This document shows, piece after piece, positions 26,023 to 34,993 of a DNA stretch of 57,993 bases. Numbering within the stretch: position 1 is the first letter of the stretch; each line of letters opens with the position of its first letter. The notes beneath the pieces were generated by a model. It did no database searches. It saw only the letters and a list, made by a program, of their open reading frames with translations, and was not told the DNA's origin. The stretch is from a virus (Duplodnaviria; Caudoviricetes): positions 1-57,993 of the IMG/VR virus record IMGVR_UViG_3300032330_000317; one strand, written 5' to 3'. A program made the position numbers and the translations under genes.

Positions 26023-26937
26023 TTACTTTTGTCTTCTACTTACTAGTCCACCCTTAGCCAGAGGAACAGGAGGTAAGACTTCTGGTAACACTTCAGGTGT
26101 TTCCATAATACTTGAGGTGGCTGCATTATCTAATTCTCCAGATAACATCTGTGAATCCATACCAGTTGTAAGATTGTAATCAAGAGCGTCTGAAACATCT
26201 ACTAAGTCTTGGTCATGTTTGAATGCAGAAGAATCAAACTCAATGTTTTTATTGATAGTATCTTTGTTCTGTTTCTCAGTAGCATACTGAGTAACTTTAT
26301 CAAACAAAGCTTTTTCAAGTCTCTTGTCTAAGTCACTCTGACTGCTGGTCATTACATCTTTAACATCAGTCTTTTTATTAACTTCTTTTTCAGTGTTGGT
26401 CAAAGAAGAGAATACTTTCTGATTGGCATTAAGTCCTGTAATCTCTTGAGCACCTTCTGGAATGGGAGTAGCTGGCTCACCATTGATAAAGGTAACAAAC
26501 ATAGAATTACCGTCAGGCTTCTTAAATTGTTTTACCTCAGGAGTAGCAGGTGTGGGCATACCGCCACCAGCCAAGTGATTCTTTTCACTATCTACTTCAC
26601 CCATAATGCTATCAATCTCTGCAGAGAAGTCTTCGCCATGAGAGGCTTCTGGGTTTTCAACTTGATCAGCATTACCCATCTGACCAATCTCTTCCATCTT
26701 AGCCAGTCCTTCTTTAGCCTTGTCTCTTAATTTCATCAAGCGATCAAGACCGATGTATCGAACAACATCAGCAGGAAGAACAAACTCACCTTCACTAAGT
26801 TGTGCAGGAATATCATCTCTCACTTCTTTTTGAAGCGATCCAGTAGGAACTTCATTACCACTTACTGGGTCTGTAGTTCCACCTTGCTGATTCATACCAC
26901 CTTCAGCAAATAGTTTATCCATGTTATTGTTCAACAT
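26023..26937 (-). CDS. Head-module protein with a DDIPAQLSEGEFV domain and three AxGG motifs (candidate maturation factor/protease)
   Basis: Sits between portal and scaffold and contains FAEGG, LAGGG and LAKGG. Confidence 0.55.
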   Translation of the reverse strand: MLNNNMDKLFAEGGMNQQGGTTDPVSGNEVPTGSLQKEVRDDIPAQLSEGEFVLPADVVRYIGLDRLMKLRDKAKEGLAKMEEIGQMGNADQVENPEASHGEDFSAEIDSIMGEVDSEKNHLAGGGMPTPATPEVKQFKKPDGNSMFVTFINGEPATPIPEGAQEITGLNANQKVFSSLTNTEKEVNKKTDVKDVMTSSQSDLDKRLEKALFDKVTQYATEKQNKDTINKNIEFDSSAFKHDQDLVDVSDALDYNLTTGMDSQMLSGELDNAATSSIMETPEVLPEVLPPVPLAKGGLVSRRQK

Positions 26938-27142
26938 TTATTTCATCTCTCAAATATTTAAGATGTCGCAAAGCAGCAATAGCTCCTTGTGCTTTAAAAA
27001 CATCACTCATCTCTACTGCTTGCTCAAGCTTTCTCTGCTGCTGAACTACGTTGTAATCCAGCATATCGCAGAAGGCTTCCCACTGTAAGTGGTTGTTAGC
27101 CATCGGCTTAAGCTTGGGGAGGAACGGCTTGTTGTTGGACAT
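26924..27142 (-). CDS. Small helical head-module protein (72 aa)
   Basis: ATG at 27142 after AGGT; FKAQGAIAALRHLKYLRD motif typical of post-portal small proteins. Confidence 0.6.
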   Translation of the reverse strand: MSNNKPFLPKLKPMANNHLQWEAFCDMLDYNVVQQQRKLEQAVEMSDVFKAQGAIAALRHLKYLRDEINVEQ

Positions 27143-29213
27143 TACCTGCAAATCCTTGTTCACCCGGAGCAGGTGCAGCACCAACTCCAATGTTACCACC
27201 ACCGCCACCAGTCATATCTTGTACACCGGGAGCACCCTCAGCAGGAGCAGCAGGTGGTGTAGCACCTGTCATTTCCTGATGTTGTTTAAGCAAGTAAGCT
27301 TGCAATGCAGCTTCTTCCATGCTGTTAGTTACCTTGTCTGGATCTAAGTCCATACTCTTAGCAATCTCTTTGATGATGTATGGGAACTTAGCAAAGGGCA
27401 TCAACGCTGGAGAACTAGCGATCTGCAAGAACTGCATCAGTCGCTGGCTTCTCACCTCGTTAGCCATCAAGCTTTCTGTACCCTTAGCTTTAACTTCCAA
27501 GTCACCTCTGATCTCAGCATCAAAGTCAAACTGCATGTTAAAGCTGAAGAAGGCTTTACCCAGAGGCTCTAACAAATAATCATCAATGTTCTTGATAACT
27601 GTTTTGATATTACCTGATGCAGCACTCATCAACATGCTAATGCCAGAAGCTGTTCTTCCTACACCAGAGATGCCTGTTTGTCCGTGAGAAAATGATGGAA
27701 TACCTGTTGACTCATCAGCAAGTTGTCTTGCTTTATCAAACAGTTGCAAGTTCTCAGCAGCCACGTTAGGAAACTTAGTTCCAAACAAAGACTGACCCGG
27801 AGCACCACCCTGTCTTCTAAACACTTTGCCGGGATAGACAGAAAGTTCTTGACCGGGAACCATATTGGTTTCATCAATCTCAAACACCAAGTTACCAGAC
27901 AACACGGCATTGTCCACAGCCATACGCATGAAACCATTCATGAGAGTCTGTGTATCATTCATGTTCTCACCAACACCAATACCAGCAAGTGAGTATGGGT
28001 TGAGTTCATATGGGGCAGCATGGTAAGGAATCTTGGCTGGCTTAAATGGATTTAATACCAAGCGCAAGATAGAGCCATTGCAATACCAGATGTTGGCTTG
28101 CAACTCTTCCATGTCTTCCAACTCTGGAGGAATCTCTACATCGTTCTCTTTGAGAAGATCAATAGAAACATTGCCCCAATATTCCAACACTTCATATCTG
28201 CTGATACCGAAGCGAGGAGCATAGTCTCTCAAGTCATCTTCCCAATACTTCTTAACGTAACCTTCGCCTTGCTCAACAACTTGATCAATAACATTACCAC
28301 GGAAGAAAGGTCTTTTCTTCAGAGCATACATTTCTGTTCTGCTCATCTTGTGACGCTCAATCACATACTGACACTGATCCATGTTGATAGCATCAGGATC
28401 CCAATAGAAATTCCAGATTGAAACATGAGACACTTCAGGAACAGTTTTGATGATAGGGGTATACTTACCATCTTCATCCCAGTTTGGATATTCCTTGTTA
28501 AGAGCGAATGGACCTTTCATGATGCCTGTACCAAACAGAGCCATCTCAAAGGCAGTAGATCTTAAATGCTTAGTAGCTCCACTCTCATCCAACTGATCTT
28601 GAATCTTCTTCTCCATCTTCTTAGCAGCCGCTGCTGCTGGATGGAATGTAATGCTGTTAGGTGTAGCACCGGGGCCATCTCTTAAGTTCTTAACATCCTT
28701 AAGCTTCTCTTTATATGGGCCAAGGTTGGCTTGCAATGTATGTGCTGTAGCACCGGGAGGTAAGTCTTTACCATCACCCTTATAACCAAACGGAGAAGGA
28801 ACTTCCAACTCTGTATCTGGCATGTCTTCAGGTTCTGTAGGATCAAAGTGAACTGAATCAGCAACACCATCAGGAATAGGTGTGGGATCTACAGATAAAG
28901 GAAATCTGTTATTAGCAAATAACACATCAGTGATCTGACCATAGGCAGCAAGTGTCTTAGTCTTTGTCACCTTGATGAACACACGAGACTTCTCTGTCTC
29001 AGTGAATTGAACATCAGGACCATAGATACCTCTATAGTTTCTGTACGCCTTTAACCAGCGTGTCTCATCCGTAATACGACTTTCTTCAGATTTGCTAAAA
29101 AGTTGTTGAATATACTTAACAAGAGAGTCCCCTTGGAAAGTATCATCCCCATCTTTCTTAATATCTTTTAATGCAATAGGATCACTATCCATGAAAGATT
29201 GTTTCTCTGCCAT
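27108..29213 (-). CDS. Portal protein
   Basis: 701 aa, follows TerL; WLKAYRNYRG, ALFGTGIMKGP and RTASGISML motifs. Confidence 0.9.
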   Translation of the reverse strand: MAEKQSFMDSDPIALKDIKKDGDDTFQGDSLVKYIQQLFSKSEESRITDETRWLKAYRNYRGIYGPDVQFTETEKSRVFIKVTKTKTLAAYGQITDVLFANNRFPLSVDPTPIPDGVADSVHFDPTEPEDMPDTELEVPSPFGYKGDGKDLPPGATAHTLQANLGPYKEKLKDVKNLRDGPGATPNSITFHPAAAAAKKMEKKIQDQLDESGATKHLRSTAFEMALFGTGIMKGPFALNKEYPNWDEDGKYTPIIKTVPEVSHVSIWNFYWDPDAINMDQCQYVIERHKMSRTEMYALKKRPFFRGNVIDQVVEQGEGYVKKYWEDDLRDYAPRFGISRYEVLEYWGNVSIDLLKENDVEIPPELEDMEELQANIWYCNGSILRLVLNPFKPAKIPYHAAPYELNPYSLAGIGVGENMNDTQTLMNGFMRMAVDNAVLSGNLVFEIDETNMVPGQELSVYPGKVFRRQGGAPGQSLFGTKFPNVAAENLQLFDKARQLADESTGIPSFSHGQTGISGVGRTASGISMLMSAASGNIKTVIKNIDDYLLEPLGKAFFSFNMQFDFDAEIRGDLEVKAKGTESLMANEVRSQRLMQFLQIASSPALMPFAKFPYIIKEIAKSMDLDPDKVTNSMEEAALQAYLLKQHQEMTGATPPAAPAEGAPGVQDMTGGGGGNIGVGAAPAPGEQGFAGNVQQQAVPPQA

Positions 29214-29222
29214 ATATTACCT

Positions 29223-30821
29223 TTAATATCCCATCACTGGATCAGCTACCTTCAACCCTGCTGGTTTAGATGTTGCTGGATTATAGTCCCAAATACTACT
29301 TCTGGGTCTACTCATTACGCCATATCTAAGGGCATCATATAAGTGATCCTCAGACTTAGTATCAATATCTTCCGGGTTCCTTTTATCCAAAGGAATGATA
29401 GGAAGCTGTGCAATTGTATGAATACAGTTGCTTGTTATAACCATTCTTGGTTGTTCTGTAAAGGGATCGAGCTGAAGTCTACGATGTATCTCATTCTTAC
29501 CAGATACTCGACTACCTGCACTACGATCTGCTGGCCTCCACCTACAACCTTCTAAGATCATCTGTTCAGCAAGAGACGGACCTGTGTCACCACGCTTATG
29601 CCAGCAACTACTATCAAGAACACCATAGCGGATAGTCCCATCATTTTCCTCTGCCCTTAAAACCATGTGAGCCAAGTCCTTAGCCAGCACCTTGCTGACG
29701 TAAAGCTCACGATAAACTACCAATTGCTCACTAGGAGACACAGCAAACCACACAACAGCACTGTAACTACCATATCCATAGTCACAAGCCCTGAACCTTG
29801 TCCAATTTTTAGGGATGTCAAAGGGTTCAACCACATGAATTTGTCTATTAAACTCAGGAAAGGCTGCACCTTCTGCAATATCCCAGTTACCTTCTAACAA
29901 TTGCTTGCGTTGGTGCTCAGGAAGAGACAACAACATCGTCTCATAGTCACCTGTCTGCATCAAATAAGGGTTATCCGTCAACATAGCAGGGATAAACCTA
30001 CGCTTAAACAGTGGTTGCCCCTCTTTGCTGTGTCCTTTTGGGTACACTAAGGTGGTTCCACTCTCAATATCTGTCGCATCGAACGCTTTTCCAGCAGGAG
30101 AAGGGTCAATAAACATCTTCTTCACCCAAGCATGACCCGGACCACCCGGGTTTGTCGTAGCTCTCATGAAGATTGGTAGGTCAGATGCTGCTGTACGCAG
30201 TCGAGAACGCATATAGTTCCACGGAAATGGCGTATGCCACTGCGTCAACTCATCAAAACCAATCCAACTGAACGCCAAACCCTGATATCGCAGTACGTCT
30301 TCGTCTCTATCAAGGTAAGACATCCATAGTCTAGCTCCTGAAGGTGCTTCCCACTGCATCTTTCTCTCACTCCACTTGATGCCGGGGTAAATCTTTGGAT
30401 AAAGCTCTTGGCTTTTCCAGATAAGTTCTCTAAGTTCTTCTGTCGTATGACGCAAAAGCAATCCAGAAAACTGTGGATGCACCATATATCTCAGTGGATC
30501 TGCAAGCATGGCATAAGATTTACCACCACCAGCAGCACCACCATACAACACTTCCCTCTCTGACGATGCTAAGAAGAATGTTTGAGGCCCGGGGTTGGGC
30601 TTAAACAACACTTCTCTATCATCAGTTATGGGTAGCGGTGTCTCCTCCGAGCTTGCTATCGATATATTCGGTAAGCTTGCTGTAGCTTTCTGACTCGAAG
30701 TATCCGGTTTGGTCTTCTTTACCGAGCCTCTTTTCGTACCTTTGCGCTTGCTCAAGGGCTTTTTGGAGCCTTCGGGCAAGGTTGCGGTAAGTAGTGGATT
30801 TGTATCCGTGTTTTCGCTCAC
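29223..30821 (-). CDS. terL: Terminase large subunit (start codon uncertain)
   Basis: Walker A YGGAAGGGKS, Walker B IGFDELT, coupling motif ATTNPGG, and nuclease motifs DYGY and DHLYDALRY. Confidence 0.95.
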   Translation of the reverse strand: MSENTDTNPLLTATLPEGSKKPLSKRKGTKRGSVKKTKPDTSSQKATASLPNISIASSEETPLPITDDREVLFKPNPGPQTFFLASSEREVLYGGAAGGGKSYAMLADPLRYMVHPQFSGLLLRHTTEELRELIWKSQELYPKIYPGIKWSERKMQWEAPSGARLWMSYLDRDEDVLRYQGLAFSWIGFDELTQWHTPFPWNYMRSRLRTAASDLPIFMRATTNPGGPGHAWVKKMFIDPSPAGKAFDATDIESGTTLVYPKGHSKEGQPLFKRRFIPAMLTDNPYLMQTGDYETMLLSLPEHQRKQLLEGNWDIAEGAAFPEFNRQIHVVEPFDIPKNWTRFRACDYGYGSYSAVVWFAVSPSEQLVVYRELYVSKVLAKDLAHMVLRAEENDGTIRYGVLDSSCWHKRGDTGPSLAEQMILEGCRWRPADRSAGSRVSGKNEIHRRLQLDPFTEQPRMVITSNCIHTIAQLPIIPLDKRNPEDIDTKSEDHLYDALRYGVMSRPRSSIWDYNPATSKPAGLKVADPVMGY

Positions 30822-31095
30822 TCTTTATTCTCTTTAAAAGACCAACATGACTAATCTCTCTGCCACTCACCTTAGTCAACCAAGCAGCTACCTGCCTAGA
30901 AGGATATTGCTTTAGATGCTTCTTAGCTTTTTCTAACGCTTCAAGCTCTGCAGGTATTGGCTGCAAGAGGTCAGGATCTGTTTCATCTTGTCTGTAGCCA
31001 AATGGAATAGTTCTACCAATTTTTGGTATAGGTACATATGTTTCCTTTTCTCTAGGCTGTGGAAGTATCCAAGCCCCTAAGTCTCTCTCACTCAC
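30622..31095 (-). CDS. Putative DNA-binding (HTH/recombinase-domain-like) protein
   Basis: IPFGY...ELEAL...SRQVAAWLT...ISHVGLLKRI resembles the serine-recombinase-associated DNA-binding domain. Confidence 0.6.
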   Translation of the reverse strand: MSERDLGAWILPQPREKETYVPIPKIGRTIPFGYRQDETDPDLLQPIPAELEALEKAKKHLKQYPSRQVAAWLTKVSGREISHVGLLKRIKSERKHGYKSTTYRNLARRLQKALEQAQRYEKRLGKEDQTGYFESESYSKLTEYIDSKLGGDTATHN

Positions 31096-31456
31096 TCTTA
31101 TCTTTGGCTGGCAAAATCATAATGCCAGATGGTGACTCCACCTGAACCTTCTCTGTTTTTACCAGACCAGCCCTGTCTAACAAATCCTTAGCAGCATTAA
31201 GCTTTTCTTTCAAGCCCAACTCTGTAGGATCTGCAATGCCACTAACAACAGCCATAGCTGCACGAGGAGCATTCATAGCAATGTAAAGCTGTGTAGCTTC
31301 AATCACTTCTTCCTTGAGAGTGTCCATAATCATCTTAGTAGCATAGCCTTCGCTATAGCCAGCAAGCTGCCTTGCCTTAGCTGGATTGCCACCAGCCTCA
31401 GCAAATAACACCTCAATGAACTTCTTCTGCTGTTCGTTTAGTTCTCTTTTAGCCAT
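31088..31456 (-). CDS. Putative terminase small subunit
   Basis: LNEQQKKFIE...AKARQLAGYS...AAKDLLDRAG fits a TerS-like pattern; upstream of TerL. Confidence 0.7.
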   Translation of the reverse strand: MAKRELNEQQKKFIEVLFAEAGGNPAKARQLAGYSEGYATKMIMDTLKEEVIEATQLYIAMNAPRAAMAVVSGIADPTELGLKEKLNAAKDLLDRAGLVKTEKVQVESPSGIMILPAKDKSE

Positions 31457-31629
31457 CACTTCATCTTCTTTAATGTTTCAGCAAGTCTAGCTCTTTGTCC
31501 CAATTTACCGGGAGCCTTAGCAGCCTTTGCCAATGTCTTAGCAGGAATGGTCTTACCTTCCTTAACACCTAGTTCTTTTCTCAAAGCACCGGGCTTCTTA
31601 ATAGCCTCTTGAATCCATTTAGTAGCCAT
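31456..31629 (-). CDS. Small Lys-rich protein (57 aa, not in ORF track)
   Basis: Read by hand as MATKWIQEAIKKPGALRKELGVKEGKTIPAKTLAKAAKAPGKLGQRARLAETLKKMK; RBS AAGGA. Confidence 0.75.
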   Translation of the reverse strand: MATKWIQEAIKKPGALRKELGVKEGKTIPAKTLAKAAKAPGKLGQRARLAETLKKMK

Positions 31630-31637
31630 GATGTTCC

Positions 31638-31973
31638 TTATAAGTTAGATACGGCAAACTGTTCTTTCACTCGAACAGATACAACGATAGAGCTACCAGC
31701 ACTTGCTAGTCCTCTTAATTTATCACCAGCTTCCAGATATAACGCATCTGTAATTTGTAACACACTGTTAGGTTCCATCCTCACAGTGGTAGCAATCGGA
31801 TAGTAAGTTGTATTAGACAATTTATACCAGTCTAAATTAAAAGTAACTGCCGAAGATGTAATATTACTGATGAGGATGGAATCGATAGTGGCTTTAAAAC
31901 TAGCAGGTACAGTGTATACATCTGCATTGCTAGTTGTAAGCGTTAAACCTAAGCTTCTATTTTTGCTGGTCAT
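31638..31973 (-). CDS. Small beta-rich virion-like protein
   Basis: VYTVP...SILISN...LYLEAGDKL; similar to 18885-19280. Confidence 0.55.
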   Translation of the reverse strand: MTSKNRSLGLTLTTSNADVYTVPASFKATIDSILISNITSSAVTFNLDWYKLSNTTYYPIATTVRMEPNSVLQITDALYLEAGDKLRGLASAGSSIVVSVRVKEQFAVSNL

Positions 31974-33211
31974 TGTGTTAAGTCATAAAAAGAAAGAGAA
32001 CCTATACCACCACCAGTTGAAGCTACTGTTCTAGCAGCTAATGTATAAATATCACTTACACCAGTTAAAGAAGTACCTAGTTGCAAGTCCCAGTTATAAC
32101 CAGATCCAGTAGCCAAAGGAACTCTTCCTGATTTACCTGTGGTGAATTCGCTATATACAAGAGTACCACCAGACATAGAAGTGGATGCTAAGTCTTGTTC
32201 CACATTAGCATCTGAAGAAACTGCAGTCCATGTTGGTGTTGTTAGTGTAGTATTCTTGAATAAAGCTAACTCATAATTGTCTGAGGTAGTAGGTAAGAAG
32301 TTTAAATTGTAAGGAAGTACTACAGCACCCAAAGCTGTTGATGCCATTCTAATTGACACCAATGGTTTAAATGTTGTTGTTAAGTATGTTCCTGTTGTCG
32401 CAGATACCATTCTTGCTGTATGTTCAATAGAGGTGGCTTCATACCCCCCTTCAGACATCAACGAAGAACAAATTTGTTTCATTGCTGATGAAGAAGCTAC
32501 AGTTCCAGTATTAGTTATTTCATAACGAATAGGAAGAATAGCTGTAGTCATATACACAGATGTTTGTGTATTTGCATTGTGAAATGTATGAGCAACAATG
32601 AATTGACCATTGATAACAAATCCACATCTAACACTACCAACACCAAGCCACTCAAAATCCATGAACATGATTTGTGTCTTGGTCAGGTCTAAGGTAAAAC
32701 CACTAGCACCTGTACCATCCAGTTTATCACCGTTCCAGTTTGCCTTAGCTACATAACGTGCATCGGTAGCACTACCACTGGTAGATGTTCTTAAAACAAA
32801 GGTGATACCATTAGCACCCTGTTCCAAGAACACACCATTGGCTGTGTTGAAATAACCAACCCTCTGTCTCAAGTTGGTCTTGGCTGTATCCATTTTAAAG
32901 GTAACCAATAACAACAAACTCTTACCGGGTTGGTAAGGGAATACCCTATATGTTTGTCTAACCACTTCATCACCTGAGGTGGTAGACACAGCCATACTTA
33001 CAGAAGACTCATTAGAAAGATGAGTAGCAGCTCCAGAACCAGAAGTGGAAGTACTGAATTGATTATCAATTGCATATCTATTCTGACTATCAAACAATGT
33101 ATATGGTTGACTTACACGAAGTCTTCCAAATGCATCTGTGTTAGTACCTCCAAAACTAACAGTGTTTCCACTGCTAGTTATTTGTATCTGGCTCGGATAA
33201 GAATATATCAT
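31970..33211 (-). CDS. Beta-rich structural/lectin-like protein (413 aa)
   Basis: DAFGRLRVSQPYTLFDS, YQPGKS and FEWLGVGSVRCG; T/S-rich. Confidence 0.55.
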   Translation of the reverse strand: MIYSYPSQIQITSSGNTVSFGGTNTDAFGRLRVSQPYTLFDSQNRYAIDNQFSTSTSGSGAATHLSNESSVSMAVSTTSGDEVVRQTYRVFPYQPGKSLLLLVTFKMDTAKTNLRQRVGYFNTANGVFLEQGANGITFVLRTSTSGSATDARYVAKANWNGDKLDGTGASGFTLDLTKTQIMFMDFEWLGVGSVRCGFVINGQFIVAHTFHNANTQTSVYMTTAILPIRYEITNTGTVASSSAMKQICSSLMSEGGYEATSIEHTARMVSATTGTYLTTTFKPLVSIRMASTALGAVVLPYNLNFLPTTSDNYELALFKNTTLTTPTWTAVSSDANVEQDLASTSMSGGTLVYSEFTTGKSGRVPLATGSGYNWDLQLGTSLTGVSDIYTLAARTVASTGGGIGSLSFYDLTQ

Positions 33212-33381
33212 TACTTCTTCTTCATTCGTGAAGCTTCAGACAAAGCAATGGCAATGCCCTGCTTTGGATTCTTAACAACCTTGCCACCTTTGCCAGAATG
33301 CAGAGTGCCTGTCTTAAACTCATGCATCACTTTGCCAACCTTGGCTTGTTGCTTTTTAGAGAGCTTAGGAGTTGTAGCCAT
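33211..33381 (-). CDS. Small basic protein, DUF6496-like (56 aa, not in ORF track)
   Basis: Read by hand as KVGKVMHEFKTGTLHSGKGGKVVKNPKQGIAIALSEA. Confidence 0.7.
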   Translation of the reverse strand: MATTPKLSKKQQAKVGKVMHEFKTGTLHSGKGGKVVKNPKQGIAIALSEASRMKKK

Positions 33382-33382
33382 A

Positions 33383-33586
33383 TCAGCACTTCTTCTTAGC
33401 CATGCCGCCTTTAGCCATAGCAGTCTTTGGCTTACCTACACCAATCATGATGGCGATGCCAGCTTTACCTTTAGACATCTTCTCTTCAGCTTTCTCTTTT
33501 TTCATAGGCTCTTTTTTCTCATGCTTCATCATTGCAGCTTTAGAAGCGTAAGTCTCTTTACCTTCTTTGATCATCTTAGTAGCCAT
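33383..33586 (-). CDS. Small Lys/Met-rich protein with an MAKGG motif
   Basis: 67 aa coupled ORF. Confidence 0.65.
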   Translation of the reverse strand: MATKMIKEGKETYASKAAMMKHEKKEPMKKEKAEEKMSKGKAGIAIMIGVGKPKTAMAKGGMAKKKC

Positions 33587-33849
33587 TATTTCTTTCCTTT
33601 AGAACCATAGACATTATGGGGCTTCATAGAAGCACCAACACCTTTATTAACAATCATACCACCCTTAGCCAATTTCTTGGGTGGAGGTGTGGAAGTGGTT
33701 GTACTATTTGAAGGAGACTTAGAAGCCTCAAACAACTTACGCTCCAACTCATTAGCTCTATCAAGATAGGTATTTCTCACCTCTTGAGGGATAGACTCAT
33801 CCTTAGCCTTATCCCTATACATAACAATCTTCTCTGATTCGGTAGCCAT
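33586..33849 (-). CDS. Small protein with an LAKGG motif
   Basis: 87 aa; RBS AAGGAG. Confidence 0.65.
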   Translation of the reverse strand: MATESEKIVMYRDKAKDESIPQEVRNTYLDRANELERKLFEASKSPSNSTTTSTPPPKKLAKGGMIVNKGVGASMKPHNVYGSKGKK

Positions 33850-33864
33850 AGTTTCTCCTTTTAG

Positions 33865-34134
33865 TTACCACTTAACCTTGTCTGCCCAATACCCAGCAGA
33901 CATTTTACCTATGGCAATGTCTTTAGCATGTCTTGCTTTAAAACTCTTTTGCCTAGCTTTTTCTTTCTCAGTCGTTGGATGAGCACCAGCACCTTTAACA
34001 CCCTGCTGCCCAAAACGAATAAGCTTAATTTGATCGCCCTCTTTGGCTAACACAGCATGACTCTTTGTTGGATGCTTCGGTGTTGCCTTAGGTTGGTTAT
34101 ACCCTGAAAACTCTTCACTGCCTCTTTTTATCAT
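33865..34134 (-). CDS. Small basic conserved phage protein
   Basis: LIRFGQQG...KSFKARH...SAGYWADKVKW motif. Confidence 0.7.
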   Translation of the reverse strand: MIKRGSEEFSGYNQPKATPKHPTKSHAVLAKEGDQIKLIRFGQQGVKGAGAHPTTEKEKARQKSFKARHAKDIAIGKMSAGYWADKVKW

Positions 34135-34396
34135 GTTTATTCTTTCTAGGAAGGTGTCTGTGTTCTTTCCATCCCTCTGCTCTCATAGCATTTTCTACAT
34201 CATCTAATGGAAAGACATAACCAGTATTTTTCTCCAGCGCAGCTCTAACATAATAAACATCGCTGTGAAACAAATGAAGCTTATCTACATATCCCCTGTG
34301 CAAAGCTAAGGAAGCTTGATTGAACATACTGTAGGGATAGGAATTCGATAACCCTTTATCTTCTAGCTGTTGTCTTGTATATAAGTTTGTTGCCAT
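34115..34396 (-). CDS. Hypothetical protein, first gene of the late arm
   Basis: 93 aa ORF overlapping the next gene. Confidence 0.55.
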   Translation of the reverse strand: MATNLYTRQQLEDKGLSNSYPYSMFNQASLALHRGYVDKLHLFHSDVYYVRAALEKNTGYVFPLDDVENAMRAEGWKEHRHLPRKNKHDKKRQ

Positions 34397-34850
34397 AATG
34401 CTTCATACTAACATACTTTCAGACATAGTCTAGCTAAGGTGGTATGTCAGCATTTAATGCCAATCATAACAACCTATCCCAATGTATGTCTATAAGTGTT
34501 GTTGACTGTTTATATCACATAGTGAAATACAACCAACTATACCTAATATCTAGAACATACACCTAGAAAGCCCATAAGGGATGTGTTCATCTATGGCTGT
34601 TGTTAGCCCACCCTTTTAGCAACAGCTTTTAACAAGTACCCACATCAAGTCTAGTCTGGTCAGTGTAAGGTGTCATCACTGCCAGTATTCAGGACAAGAG
34701 AAACACAGTGGCCCCTATGCTTCCCCTCCCGAGTCTTTTCTCTTCAGCAGCCGATTGCAAGCTCATTTCTTTACCTGTAGCCGGAAGGTAGCCTATACTT
34801 TTTCTTCGTATCGCCTGTATGTCAAATGCATACATGGTGCAGGTGGTAGT

Positions 34851-34879
34851 AGTTTTACACACATTAAAACCAATGTCAA
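34851..34879 (-). promoter_or_regulatory. Putative main late-arm promoter
   Basis: Minus strand TTGACA-N16-TAAAACT, preceded by an A-rich upstream tract. Confidence 0.6.
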
Positions 34880-34945
34880 GCTTTTTCTATGGAAAGAATG
34901 AAATATGTTGTACCTCCCTAGTCAATGGGTCCATATGGGGGTGTC

Positions 34946-34979
34946 TTAAGTATCTAGTCAGATTGATTAAGTATCTAGT
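34946..34979. repeat. 13-bp direct repeat TTAAGTATCTAGT x2, 21-bp period
   Basis: Copies at 34946-34958 and 34967-34979. Confidence 0.8.
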
Positions 34980-34993
34980 TGCATGAAACTTAA

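Noticed and set aside
550-33610. Many plus-strand ORFs in the late arm, and minus-strand ORFs in the early arm
   Set aside because: They are antisense shadows of long, well-supported genes and lack RBS or recognisable motifs.
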